Shown: in pieces, positions 16,840 to 26,502 of the stretch | Numbering within the stretch: the first letter of the stretch is position 1 | How the letters are laid out: the number at the start of each line of letters is the position of its first letter | Source: Candidatus Multivorans sp. | GTDB lineage: Bacteria > Acidobacteriota > Thermoanaerobaculia > Multivoradales > Multivoraceae | NCBI GenBank assembly: GCA_965224025.1 | Contig: OZ245033.1 | Coordinates: forward strand, 1,632,001-1,696,000 | Direction of reading: 5' to 3' | DNA length: 64,000 nucleotides | Position numbers and translations under genes: made by a program | The notes under the pieces: model-generated | Database searches by the model: none | What the model was told of the DNA's origin: nothing | Seen by the model: only the letters and a program-made list of their open reading frames with translations

Positions 16840-18465
16840 TCAGCCCATGTGGGGATAACGGTAGTCCGTCGGCGGCGCGAAGGTCTCTTTGACGGCGCGC
16901 TGGGAGGTCCAGCGCATCAGGTTGGCCATCGAGCCCGCCTTGTCGTTCGTGCCGGAGGCGCGGGCGCCGCCGAAGGGCTGCTGACCGACCACGGCGCCGG
17001 TCGGCTTGTCGTTGATGTAGAAGTTGCCGGCGGCATGGCGCAACCGGGCGCCGATGCTGGCCACCGCCGCGCGGTCGCGCGCGAACACGGCGCCGGTGAG
17101 CGCGTACGGGCTCGTCGTGTCGCAGAGCTCCAGTGCGTCGCCGAGCGCGCCGTCCTCGTAGATGTAGACGGTCAGGACCGGACCGAAGATCTCCTCGCTC
17201 ATCAGGCGTGACCTCGGATCGCCGCTGCGGACAACGGTCGGTTCCACGAAGTAGCCGACCGAGTCGTCGCAGCCGCCGCCCGAGACAACCTCGTAGGTCG
17301 AGCCGCCGGAGGCCTCGGCGATGTAGCCGGAGATGTTGCCCCACGACGAGCGGTCGATGACCGCGGCCATGAAGTTCGAGAAATCGACCGGCGAGCCCAT
17401 CTTCACCGTCGCCAGCTCGTCGCACAGCCGCTCGCGCACCTCGCCCCAGAGCGACGCCGGGATGTAGGCCCGCGACGCCGCGGAGCACTTCTGCCCCTGG
17501 TACTCGAAGGCGCCGCGGATCAGCGCCGTGCTCAGGGCAGCCGCGTCGGCCGAGGGATGGGCGAACACGAAGTCCTTGCCGCCGGTCTCACCGACGATCC
17601 GCGGGTACGTGAGATAGTCCTGAATCCGGTCGCCGATCGTCCGCCACATGCGCTGGAAGACCGGCGTCGAGCCCGTGAAGTGGATGCCCGCCAGGTGGCG
17701 GCTGGCCAGCACCGGATCGCCCACCGTGGCGCCCGGTCCGGGCACGAAGTTGATCACTCCCGGGGGCAGACCGGCCTCCTCGAGGAGCTTCACGATGTAG
17801 TAGCCCGACAGCAGCGCCGTCGAGGCGGGCTTCCAGAGCACGGTGTTGCCCATGATCGCCGCCGAGGTCGGCAGGTTGCCCGCGATCGCCGTGAAGTTGA
17901 ACGGCGTGACCGCGAACACGAAGCCCTCGAGCGCCCGGTACTCGACGTAGTTCCAAATCCCGGGCGAAGACACCGGCTGCTGGCCGTAGAGCTCTTCCGC
18001 GAACGAGACGTTGAAACGCAGGAAGTCGATCAGTTCGCACGCCGAGTCGATCTCGGCCTGGTAGCACGTCTTCGACTGGTTCAGCATGGTGGCCGCATTG
18101 ACCGTCGACCGCCACGAGCCGGCGAGCAGTTCGGCGGCCCGCAGGAAGATCGCTGCGCGCTCCTCGAACGGCATCGTGGACCATTCCGGCCAGGCTTCCT
18201 GGGAGGCCGCCACCGCCGCCTCGACTTCGGCGGCGCCGGCCTGGTGGCACGTGCCCAGGACGTGACCGTGATCGTGAGGGCAGACGACCTCTTGCGTGCG
18301 GCCGGTGTGAACTTCGCGGCCGCCGACCAGGACCGGAATCTCGACCTGGTCGCCAAGCATCCGGTTCAGTCGCGCCTCAAGAGCTGCGCGCTCGGCCGAT
18401 CCGGGCGCGTAGTAGAGCACGGGCTCGTTACGGGGTGCGGGTACCTGCAAGGTGCCGTTCGGCAT
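16840..18465 (-). CDS. pruA: L-glutamate gamma-semialdehyde (P5C) dehydrogenase
   Basis: NEPVL, PFNFTAI, VGETGGKDF, FEYQGQKCSA, EEIFGPV, GQQPFGGARASGTNDKAG. Confidence 0.95.
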   Translation of the reverse strand: MPNGTLQVPAPRNEPVLYYAPGSAERAALEARLNRMLGDQVEIPVLVGGREVHTGRTQEVVCPHDHGHVLGTCHQAGAAEVEAAVAASQEAWPEWSTMPFEERAAIFLRAAELLAGSWRSTVNAATMLNQSKTCYQAEIDSACELIDFLRFNVSFAEELYGQQPVSSPGIWNYVEYRALEGFVFAVTPFNFTAIAGNLPTSAAIMGNTVLWKPASTALLSGYYIVKLLEEAGLPPGVINFVPGPGATVGDPVLASRHLAGIHFTGSTPVFQRMWRTIGDRIQDYLTYPRIVGETGGKDFVFAHPSADAAALSTALIRGAFEYQGQKCSAASRAYIPASLWGEVRERLCDELATVKMGSPVDFSNFMAAVIDRSSWGNISGYIAEASGGSTYEVVSGGGCDDSVGYFVEPTVVRSGDPRSRLMSEEIFGPVLTVYIYEDGALGDALELCDTTSPYALTGAVFARDRAAVASIGARLRHAAGNFYINDKPTGAVVGQQPFGGARASGTNDKAGSMANLMRWTSQRAVKETFAPPTDYRYPHMG

Positions 18466-18592
18466 TGTTGTTCATCTCCTGGGAAGGGTGTTTTCTGGCT
18501 GTGCCCCGCGCGGTTCACGCGGCAGCATAGCCGCGCCGGCGGGGGCGGCCAGTTCCATGCGCGTCAGGGCTGCGTACCCGCAGCGCCGACTT

Positions 18593-18973
18593 CTAGAAAC
18601 CCGCCCGGTTCGCCGGACCTTCCAGCATTCTCCAGGCGAGAACGAGAACGCCGGCGATCAGCAGGGAGCCGCCGATCGGTGTGATGGCGCCCAGCCACCG
18701 CGGGCCGCCAACCGCAATCACCGCCACCGATCCCGAGAAGATCAATGATCCGGCGAACAGCAACCAGCCGGCAAGTCGCAGGTCCGCGGTCGAAACGCGG
18801 CCGGCAAGGCCCAGGATGCACACGACGACTCCGCCGTACATGAAGTAGCGGGCCGCCGTCTCCCACAGCGCCAAGTGCTCCGCGTCGAGTGCTGACCGCA
18901 GCCCGTGGGCGCCGAAGGCGCCGGCGCCAACCGAGGCGGCGCACATCAGTAGTCCCACAACCAGCCAGTTCAT
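18593..18973 (-). CDS. DUF423 membrane protein
   Basis: GAFGAHGL, WETAARY, IFSGS, LGAITPIGG. Confidence 0.9.
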   Translation of the reverse strand: MNWLVVGLLMCAASVGAGAFGAHGLRSALDAEHLALWETAARYFMYGGVVVCILGLAGRVSTADLRLAGWLLFAGSLIFSGSVAVIAVGGPRWLGAITPIGGSLLIAGVLVLAWRMLEGPANRAGF

Positions 18974-19044
18974 TCGCAGCAGCCCAGCAGCCCCCAGCCC
19001 GTCCCAAGCGTCGGCTATCGTAGCAATCCCACCGACCCTCAGCC

Positions 19045-20172
19045 ATGGACGAAAGCAGCACCATCAGCCTGACCGCACTGGAAGAACGGCTCGCGGAGGT
19101 GCTGCCGATCTACGCCGAGAGCGCGTGGCTCCAACTGCTGGCGGTCGCGCTCCTCTCGGCGCTCACCGCCTGGCTCGTCTGGCTGTTCCTCAAGAAAGTC
19201 GTCGCGAGAGTCTTCGCCCGCACCGAGACCGAAGTCGACGACCGGCTGCTCGAAGCGGCGCACTGGCCCCTCTTCGTCTCGGTGTTCCTCATCGGGCTGC
19301 GCATCGGCATCAACCGCCTGCCAGTCGAGGACCGCGTCGAGATAGCGATCGGCAACTCCCTGCAAACCGCGGCGCTTCTGTTCTGGATCGTCGCGGGGCT
19401 ACGCGTGTCGACTGTTCTGCTCCGGGCGATATCCCGGCGCCGGCAGCGAGGAGCTCTCGTCTCCAGGCACACCCAGCCCTTGTTCGAGAACCTGGCCAAG
19501 GTAGCGATCGTCCTCCTGGGCGCCTACCTGGCGATCACGATCTGGGGCGCCGACGTCTCCGGCCTCCTCGCCGCCGGCGGCATCGCCGGTCTCACGATCG
19601 GCTTCGCGGCCCGCGACACGCTGGCGAACCTCTTCGCGGGCATCTTCATCTTCGCGGACGGCCCGTACAAGATCGGCGACTTCATCACGCTGGACTCCGG
19701 TGAACGCGGCATGGTCACCGAGATCGGCATCCGCAGTACCCGCCTGCTCACCCGCGACGACATCGAGGTCACGATCCCCAACGCCGTGATGGGGAACGCA
19801 AAGATCAACAACGAGAGCGGCGGTCCCCACGTCAAGTACCGCATCCGGGTGCGCGTCGGGGTCGCCTACGGCAGCGATGTGGACCATGTCGAAGCAGTCC
19901 AGCTCCAGGTGGCCGCCGACAACCCCAAGGTGTGCGAACAGCCCGAACCTCGTGTACGGTTCCGCACCTTCGGCCCCTCGTCGATCGCCTACGAGCTGCT
20001 GTGCTGGGTCGAGGAGCCGGTGCTCCGCGGCATCGTGACCCACGAACTGGTCAAGGCGACGCACAAGGCGTTCGCCGCCGCGGGGATCGAAATCCCCTTC
20101 AACCAGCACGACATCCACATCAAGGAAGCGCCCTCGCGGCAACCCCGGCTGGCCGAACCCGCGGCCGATTGA
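19045..20172 (+). CDS. MscS family mechanosensitive channel
   Basis: GFAARDTLANLFAGIFI, PYKIGDFI, EIGIRSTR, IPNA, GIEIPF. Confidence 0.93.
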   Translation: MDESSTISLTALEERLAEVLPIYAESAWLQLLAVALLSALTAWLVWLFLKKVVARVFARTETEVDDRLLEAAHWPLFVSVFLIGLRIGINRLPVEDRVEIAIGNSLQTAALLFWIVAGLRVSTVLLRAISRRRQRGALVSRHTQPLFENLAKVAIVLLGAYLAITIWGADVSGLLAAGGIAGLTIGFAARDTLANLFAGIFIFADGPYKIGDFITLDSGERGMVTEIGIRSTRLLTRDDIEVTIPNAVMGNAKINNESGGPHVKYRIRVRVGVAYGSDVDHVEAVQLQVAADNPKVCEQPEPRVRFRTFGPSSIAYELLCWVEEPVLRGIVTHELVKATHKAFAAAGIEIPFNQHDIHIKEAPSRQPRLAEPAAD

Positions 20173-20202
20173 CCAACACCGCGCTTGGCGCGCACGAGAG
20201 CG

Positions 20203-21579
20203 TCACTGCGCCAGTGCGCGCCACGTCCGGCGCGGGAACCGGCGGCCAAGCCCGCGCTGAATCTCGCGCCACTTGCGCTCTTCGTCCGGCGTGATGAAGG
20301 TCACCGCCTCGCCGAAACGCCCCATGCGCCCGGTCCGCCCGACGCGGTGCGTGAAGAGCTGCCGCGAGTCCGGCAGATCAAAGTTGACGACCTTGCCGAT
20401 GCCGTCAACGTCCAGGCCTCGGGCAGCCACGTTCGTCGCCACCAGGATCGGCGCGGCACCGGAACGAAAGCCCCTCATCACGCGCTCGCGTGCGCCCTGG
20501 CTGAGGTTCCCCTGAAGTGCCCCGACCGGATAGCCCAGCGAGCCGAGCTTCTTCGCCAGCTTCCTGACGCCGTGCCTGGTTCTGCCGAAGACGAGAATCG
20601 GGTCGCCGTTTCGTTCGTCCAGCAGCGTCTGCAGCGCGCTGATCTTGTCGTCCTTCCGGATCGAGAAGACCACATGCTCCACCGTGGGCGCTTGACCGCC
20701 GGGGTCGATTTCGACCCTTACCGGGTTGCGCAGGTACTGCTTCGCCGTCTGAGCCACCCAGTTGGGCATGGTCGCCGAGAAGAGCGCCGTCTGCCGTGAA
20801 GCGGGCGTGCGGCTGAGGATCGCCTCGACATCGCGGGCAAAACCCTGGTCCAGCATCTCGTCCGCCTCATCCAGGACGAGGAATCGCACGGCGCCCAGAT
20901 CGAGGGCGCCCCGACGCAGGTGGTCCAGCGTGCGGCCCGGAGTCCCGACGATCACTTGGGCGCCCCGCCTCAACGCCGCCTGATCACGTCTCACCGGCCG
21001 GCCGCCGTACAACGGCGTCACGCGCAGGCGCGATGAAGCCAGACCGGAAATGACTCCGGCCACCTGGATGGCCAGCTCCCGGGTCGGCGTCAGCACCAGC
21101 GCCTGCACCCGCCGTGCAGATGGATCGCAGAGCTCAGCGATGGGCGCCGCGAAGGCCAGGGTCTTCCCCGACCCCGTCTGCGCCTGCCCGAACAGGTCCC
21201 GCCCGGCCAGCAGATGGGGGATGGACTGCTCCTGAATCGGCGTCGGCTCGGAGATGCCCATGCGAGCAATCGCCGCCCGGGTCGCACTCGTGAGCGCGAT
21301 ACCGGGAAACACGCCGCTGCCGTCGGCGTCCCGGCCGCGATCGGCAATCGGTCCAACCGGGCGATGGACGCCGTTCACGGCGCCGTTGGCCGGAGCGGCG
21401 TTCACGGCGGCAGAAGGACCGCGCCGGCGGTTGGTGAAGCAGGAGCGGCAGTAGACCGGCCTGCCGGGGGCGGGCCGGAAGGGAACAGTTGTCGAGATAT
21501 CGCATTCGGCACAGACGGCGTCGTGGCGCGGTTTGCGGCCGGACGGACGTCGGCTGGTCGAGAAAGACTTCTTGGGCAT
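20203..21579 (-). CDS. DEAD-box RNA helicase with N-terminal CxxC-x17-CxxC zinc ribbon
   Basis: CAEC..VPFRP...PVYCRSC; PTPIQ, AQTGSGKT, PTRELA, DEAD, SAT, HRVGRTGR; AGAGGAG SD before ATG 21579. Confidence 0.92.
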   Translation of the reverse strand: MPKKSFSTSRRPSGRKPRHDAVCAECDISTTVPFRPAPGRPVYCRSCFTNRRRGPSAAVNAAPANGAVNGVHRPVGPIADRGRDADGSGVFPGIALTSATRAAIARMGISEPTPIQEQSIPHLLAGRDLFGQAQTGSGKTLAFAAPIAELCDPSARRVQALVLTPTRELAIQVAGVISGLASSRLRVTPLYGGRPVRRDQAALRRGAQVIVGTPGRTLDHLRRGALDLGAVRFLVLDEADEMLDQGFARDVEAILSRTPASRQTALFSATMPNWVAQTAKQYLRNPVRVEIDPGGQAPTVEHVVFSIRKDDKISALQTLLDERNGDPILVFGRTRHGVRKLAKKLGSLGYPVGALQGNLSQGARERVMRGFRSGAAPILVATNVAARGLDVDGIGKVVNFDLPDSRQLFTHRVGRTGRMGRFGEAVTFITPDEERKWREIQRGLGRRFPRRTWRALAQ

Positions 21580-21750
21580 ACGGAAACAGACTCCTCTGGT
21601 CGGGAGATAAGGGACAGTCGATTCGGCGCACGGGGGAGCAAGCAGGTGGAGGACGAACGCCCACCGCTGCATCAACCCTGGCGCGACAATCAAGCGTTGT
21701 TGGTCGTCATGGCGACCAGAGGACTGCAAGCTGGACCCGGCGGCAGGCGG

Positions 21751-21779
21751 AACGTACACGAGTTCCGCCTCCCAGTCAA
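21751..21779 (-). promoter_or_regulatory. Sigma70-like promoter of the DEAD-box helicase
   Basis: TTGACT-N17-TACGTT on minus strand, implying an ~165-nt leader. Confidence 0.5.
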
Positions 21780-21834
21780 AGCCGCCGGGCGGGCGCCCCC
21801 GCGAGCGCGAGGAAATGGGCCACAATGAGAGGAG

Positions 21835-22851
21835 ATGAAGGTCGCGTGCACCACCGCCGATGGCAACCTGGAACTCGCCGAGGCGCCGGAGCCGGCGACC
21901 AAGGGCGGCGAGGCGCTGATCGAACTCCTCTACTGCGGCCTCTGCGGCACGGACCTCTACAAGCTGGCCGACGGCGGGCGAACTGCGGGAGAGGTACTGG
22001 GTCACGAAGTCGTCGGCCGGGTGATCGACAGCCGCGACGACTCGCTCGAACCCGGCGACCGGGTCGTGGTCCCGCACCATGCCCCGTGCGGCGACTGCCG
22101 GCTGTGCCGGGGCGGGGCCGAGACGATGTGCCCCCGGTTCGCCGAGAACCTGCTCGATCCCGGCGGTTTCAGCGAACGGATCCGGCTGCGGGCCCGGGCG
22201 GTCGAACGCACCGTCCGGCGACTCGACGACCAGCTTCCCGACGACGCCGCGGTGTTCGTCGAACCGGCGGCCTGCGTGCTGCGCGGGATCGACCGCGCCG
22301 GGCTGCATAGGGAAGCGCCGGAAGTGGTCGTCATCGGCGCCGGATCGATGGGCCTGCTCCACCTGCTGGTGCTGCGCGCCGTGTTCCAGGAACCGCGGAT
22401 CGTCGTCGCCGAGCCGGACGCCAACCGCCGCAAGACGGCGCGGCGACTCGGCGCCGATGCCGCCGTCGCACCCGAGCGGATCGTCGATGTCTCGAGCGCT
22501 GGCAGGCCATCGGGCGGCGCCGACGCCGTCTTCGACACCGCCGGCGGACAGGCCGCGTTCGACCTGGCTCTCCAGGCCACCCGGCCGGGCGGACGGGTCG
22601 TGCTCTTCGCCCACGCCGGCCACGACGCGCGAGTCACGTTCGACATCAACGCGGTGTTCAGGTCCGAGCGCCAGGTCATCGGCGCCTACTCCGGTTCGCC
22701 CGCGGAGCAGATTCGCGTGCTCGACATGATGAGCCGGGGCGCGCTCGATCCGACGCCGCTGGTCACCCACCGCCTGCCGCTCGACAGAGCCGCCGAAGCG
22801 GTCGAGCTGTGCCGGCGGCGCGAAGCGCTCAAGGTACTGTTGCACCCTTGA
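21835..22851 (+). CDS. Zinc-dependent alcohol dehydrogenase (MDR family)
   Basis: CGLCGTD, GHE, CGDCRLC..C, GAGSMG. Confidence 0.9.
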   Translation: MKVACTTADGNLELAEAPEPATKGGEALIELLYCGLCGTDLYKLADGGRTAGEVLGHEVVGRVIDSRDDSLEPGDRVVVPHHAPCGDCRLCRGGAETMCPRFAENLLDPGGFSERIRLRARAVERTVRRLDDQLPDDAAVFVEPAACVLRGIDRAGLHREAPEVVVIGAGSMGLLHLLVLRAVFQEPRIVVAEPDANRRKTARRLGADAAVAPERIVDVSSAGRPSGGADAVFDTAGGQAAFDLALQATRPGGRVVLFAHAGHDARVTFDINAVFRSERQVIGAYSGSPAEQIRVLDMMSRGALDPTPLVTHRLPLDRAAEAVELCRRREALKVLLHP

Positions 22852-22877
22852 TTCGCTGCCTGCGCCCGAGTGGTTTC

Positions 22878-23921
22878 GTGATTCCAGAGCACCAGACGCA
22901 GGCGTTCCTGGTCGGACCAGGCGACGTGGAGCTGAGGCAAATGCCCATGCCGGAGCCCGGTCCGGGCGAACTCCTGATCCGGGTCGACGCCGCCACCACC
23001 TGCGGAACGGACGTGAAGGTGTTCCGCCGCGGCGGTCACCCGACGATGCTGACTCTGCCGGCGCCGTTCGGCCACGAGGTCACCGGCACCGTCGTCCGTG
23101 CCGCCGCCGGGACAGCACAGACGGAGGGCGACGCCGTGGTGGTCGGCAACAGCGCCGCCTGCGGCCAGTGCCAGCCATGCCGCCACGAGCGCGAGAATCT
23201 CTGCCGCGAGCTCGTCTACCTGAACGGGGCCTTCGCCGACTACCTGCTGGTACCGGCCGTGGTCGCGGAGCGCAGCGTCTACGCACGACCGCCCGGCCTG
23301 GAACCGGTCATCGCGGCGCTGGCCGAGCCGCTGGCCTGCGCCGTCCACTGTCTCGAACGCTCGCTCGCCGACTGGAGCGGTCCGCCGACCGAGGCGCGCG
23401 CGCTGATCATTGGTTGCGGCCCTCTCGGGCTCATGCTGATCGATCTGTTCCACAGCGTTCGAACGCACGTCTGTGTACTGGACCCCCATCCGCATCGGCT
23501 CGCGGTGGCCGAGACCTTCGGCGCCGCCGAGACGCACTGCGGGCGCGCCGGCGACGACGGCGCCCTGGCGGGCGAACTGTTCGACTTCACCGTCGATGCC
23601 ACGGGCAGTCCCGCCGGCTGGCGCCAAGCCGTTTCCTGTCTTGCTCCGGGCGGCGTGGCGGCACTCTTCGGGGGTTGCCGGCCCGGCGCGACCCTGAAGA
23701 TCGACGCGGAGGCGGTCCACTACCAGGAACAGACCCTGCTCGGCGTCTACCACTACCGGCCGGCATCGTTCCGCGCCGCGCTCGACCGGCTGATCGGTGC
23801 ATCGGAACGCTATGCCCGACTGATCGAAGCGGAGTTGCCGCTAGATCGCCTCACCGATGCGCTCGATCTGATGATCTCCCGCCGCGCGCTCAAGGTGGCG
23901 ATCCGGCCGCATCCGGACTAG
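22878..23921 (+). CDS. Zinc-dependent alcohol dehydrogenase (MDR family)
   Basis: TCGTD, GHE, CGQCQPC..C, GCGPLG; start 22848 or 22878. Confidence 0.9.
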   Translation: MIPEHQTQAFLVGPGDVELRQMPMPEPGPGELLIRVDAATTCGTDVKVFRRGGHPTMLTLPAPFGHEVTGTVVRAAAGTAQTEGDAVVVGNSAACGQCQPCRHERENLCRELVYLNGAFADYLLVPAVVAERSVYARPPGLEPVIAALAEPLACAVHCLERSLADWSGPPTEARALIIGCGPLGLMLIDLFHSVRTHVCVLDPHPHRLAVAETFGAAETHCGRAGDDGALAGELFDFTVDATGSPAGWRQAVSCLAPGGVAALFGGCRPGATLKIDAEAVHYQEQTLLGVYHYRPASFRAALDRLIGASERYARLIEAELPLDRLTDALDLMISRRALKVAIRPHPD

Positions 23922-23939
23922 GTGCTCACGCGGCGGAAA

Positions 23940-23984
23940 CTGGGTGCGCGGGCCTTCCGGCCGGCATCCGGCGCGAAGCGCCGG
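23940..23984. repeat. REP-like palindrome (family 2)
   Basis: CTGGGTGCGCGGGCCTTCCGGCCGGCATCC followed by a CCGGCGC-GAA-GCGCCGG hairpin; same 5' end as 32858. Confidence 0.55.
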
Positions 23985-24058
23985 CCCTCGGGAGTTCTGC
24001 CACGCCCGCCGTATACTGCGCGCCCGCGGCCTTGGTGCCGCGATGAATCGAGCACATC

Positions 24059-25246
24059 ATGTCCACAGCCGCCGAGCATGACCTGCAGCCCGATCTCGAG
24101 GCGATACGCCGGGAACTGGAGCAGATTGACCGGGACCTGCTGAGCGGTTTCCGGCGACGCGTCGAGTTGTCGCGGGAAGTCGCCGGCGCCAAGATCGCCG
24201 CCGCTTTCCCGTTCCGCGACCAGTTGCGCGAGGAGCAGTTGCTGACCCGAGTGCGCACGATCGCCGCCGAACTCGACCTCGACCCGCACCAGACGGAACG
24301 GATCTTCCGCCTGCTGATCGAGATGTCGATCGCGGCGCAGCAGGGCTACATCCGCGATCTCGACAAGGCGCCGCTGCGAGTCGCCTACCAGGGCGTCGAG
24401 GGCTCCTTCAGCCATCTCACGGCTCAGCGGCAGTACGCCGGCCGCCCCGGCGGCGTTGTGCTGCGCGGCTACGAGCTGTTCCGGGAGGCCGCCGAAGGCG
24501 TCCTCAGCGGGCGCCACGACATCGCCCTGCTGCCGATCGAGAACAGCACCGCGGGCAGCATCAACGAGACCTACGACCTGCTGGCGGAAGGCGGCCTCGT
24601 GATCACGGCTGAAGTGATCAGCCAGGTCGCGCACTGCCTGTTGGCCCTGACCGGCACGAAGATCGAGGATCTGCGCGTCGTGCTCTCCCATCCGCAGGCG
24701 CTCCGTCAATGCGACCAGTTCTTCCGCGACCGCAACTGGCTGCGAGCCCAACCGGAATTCGACACCGCCGGCGCTGCCGCCCGCGTTCGCGAAGGCAATG
24801 ACCCCAGCGTCGGCGCCATCGCCAGCGAGCCCGCAGCCCGCGTCTTCGGCCTCGAGATTCTCGCCTACGGCATCCAGAACCAGGCCGGCAACTTCACCCG
24901 CTTCGTGGAGGTCGCTCGCGAGGCCGCGCCCTGCCCTCCGGAACAGCCGTGCAAGACCTCTCTGCTGCTTGCCACCGGAAACCACCCCGGCGACCTGGGC
25001 GAGGTCCTGCGCAGCTTCTCCCGCCGCGGATTGAACCTGACCAAGCTCGAATCGAGGCCGATCCCGGCCACGCCCTGGCGTTATCGCTTCTACCTCGACA
25101 TCGAAGGACACGTCGCCTCCGCACCGGTCACCGAGGCGCTGCAAGCGGTCGAAGCGAAGACGTCCGAACTCCGCATTCTGGGTACCTATCCTCGGGCCGA
25201 GCTGCCGGGCGCACCCGTCGACGAGGGCGGCGCGGTCGACGACTGA
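24059..25246 (+). CDS. pheA: Chorismate mutase / prephenate dehydratase (P-protein)
   Basis: AroQ-like N-domain; VAYQGVEGSFS, PIENSTAG, SHPQAL, NFTRF, ACT domain LNLTKLESRP. Confidence 0.93.
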   Translation: MSTAAEHDLQPDLEAIRRELEQIDRDLLSGFRRRVELSREVAGAKIAAAFPFRDQLREEQLLTRVRTIAAELDLDPHQTERIFRLLIEMSIAAQQGYIRDLDKAPLRVAYQGVEGSFSHLTAQRQYAGRPGGVVLRGYELFREAAEGVLSGRHDIALLPIENSTAGSINETYDLLAEGGLVITAEVISQVAHCLLALTGTKIEDLRVVLSHPQALRQCDQFFRDRNWLRAQPEFDTAGAAARVREGNDPSVGAIASEPAARVFGLEILAYGIQNQAGNFTRFVEVAREAAPCPPEQPCKTSLLLATGNHPGDLGEVLRSFSRRGLNLTKLESRPIPATPWRYRFYLDIEGHVASAPVTEALQAVEAKTSELRILGTYPRAELPGAPVDEGGAVDD

Positions 25247-25254
25247 AGCCCGCC

Positions 25255-26466
25255 ATGCCACAGCGCGCCGACGTCGTCTGCATCGGAGCCGGGATCATCG
25301 GCTTGGCCACCGCTCGCAGCCTCTCCCGCCGATACCGACAGCTCGACATCCTCGTGGTCGAGGCCGAACCCCGGCCCGCCGTCCACCAGACCGGACACAA
25401 CAGCGGCGTCATCCATTCCGGCCTCTACTACAAGCCCGGCTCGCTCAAGGCGCAGAACTGCGTCGCCGGGCGCCGGCGGCTGATCGAGTTCTGCGACCGT
25501 CGCGACATCCCCTACGAGATCTGCGGCAAGCTCGTCATCGCGACCGACGGGAGCGAGGCGCCCCGTCTCGACGAGCTGGAGCGGCGCGGCCGAGCGAACG
25601 GCCTTGCCGGCCTGGAGCGGTTGCCGCCCGAGCGGATCCCGGAGTTCGAACCGCACGCGACCGGAGTCGACGCGCTCTGGGTTCCCGAGACCGGCATCGT
25701 CGACTACAAGGCCGTGGCGAACGCCTACGCCGCCGAATTGGAGGACGCCGGGGTCCCGCTCCACCTCCGGACCCGGGTCACCGGCATCCGGCCACGGCCC
25801 GACGGCGTCGTCGTCGAGACCACGGCCGGCGACTTCGAGGCTGGCCATGCGATCAACTGCGCCGGCCTCCAGTCGGACCGCGTGGCGCGCACGGCGGGGC
25901 TCGACCCCGACGTGCGCATCGTCCCCTTCCGCGGCGAGTACTTGCGACTAGCGCCCGAACGCCGGCATCTGCTGCGGGGATTGATCTACCCCGTCCCCGA
26001 TCCACGCTTCCCCTTCCTCGGCGTGCACCTGACCCGCCGCGTCGACGGCTCGGTCGAGGCCGGCCCGAACGCGGTGCTGGCGCTCAAACGCGAGGGCTAC
26101 GACCGCGGCAGCTTCGACGCCCGCGACACCTGGAGCAGTCTCAGCTACCCGGGCTTCTGGAGAATGTCGCTGCGCTACTGGAAGGTCGGCCTCGGCGAGA
26201 TGGCCCGCTCCGGCAGCCGCGCACGCTTCGCGCGCGACCTCCGTCGCTTCGTGCCCGATCTCAGCGACTCCGACCTGATGCCCGGCGGTGCCGGCATCCG
26301 CGCCCAGGCGCTGGACCGCCGGGGCAATCTGGTGGACGACTTCGCGATCGAAACGAGCCCCCGAATGCTCCACGTCCTGAACGCGCCGTCACCCGGCGCC
26401 ACCGCCTCGCTCGCGATCGGCGACACGCTCGCAGATCGGGCGGCAGAGACGTTCGGGCTTGAGTGA
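25255..26466 (+). CDS. lhgO: L-2-hydroxyglutarate oxidase
   Basis: HQTGHNSGVIHSGLYYKPGSLKA, IYPVPDPRFPFLGVH, HVLNAPSPGATASL. Confidence 0.93.
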   Translation: MPQRADVVCIGAGIIGLATARSLSRRYRQLDILVVEAEPRPAVHQTGHNSGVIHSGLYYKPGSLKAQNCVAGRRRLIEFCDRRDIPYEICGKLVIATDGSEAPRLDELERRGRANGLAGLERLPPERIPEFEPHATGVDALWVPETGIVDYKAVANAYAAELEDAGVPLHLRTRVTGIRPRPDGVVVETTAGDFEAGHAINCAGLQSDRVARTAGLDPDVRIVPFRGEYLRLAPERRHLLRGLIYPVPDPRFPFLGVHLTRRVDGSVEAGPNAVLALKREGYDRGSFDARDTWSSLSYPGFWRMSLRYWKVGLGEMARSGSRARFARDLRRFVPDLSDSDLMPGGAGIRAQALDRRGNLVDDFAIETSPRMLHVLNAPSPGATASLAIGDTLADRAAETFGLE

Positions 26467-26502
26467 AGAAGAGATGCAGAGCTGCGGAAGTCCCGGCCAT
26501 CC

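Noticed and set aside
16223-17488. 421-aa ORF ending in HigA
   Set aside because: The upstream part is an off-frame read of pruA and higB; the real higA starts at 16528
20203-22845. 880-aa ORF as a giant helicase fusion
   Set aside because: The N-terminal part is the antisense shadow of the alcohol dehydrogenase; SD and promoter support ATG 21579
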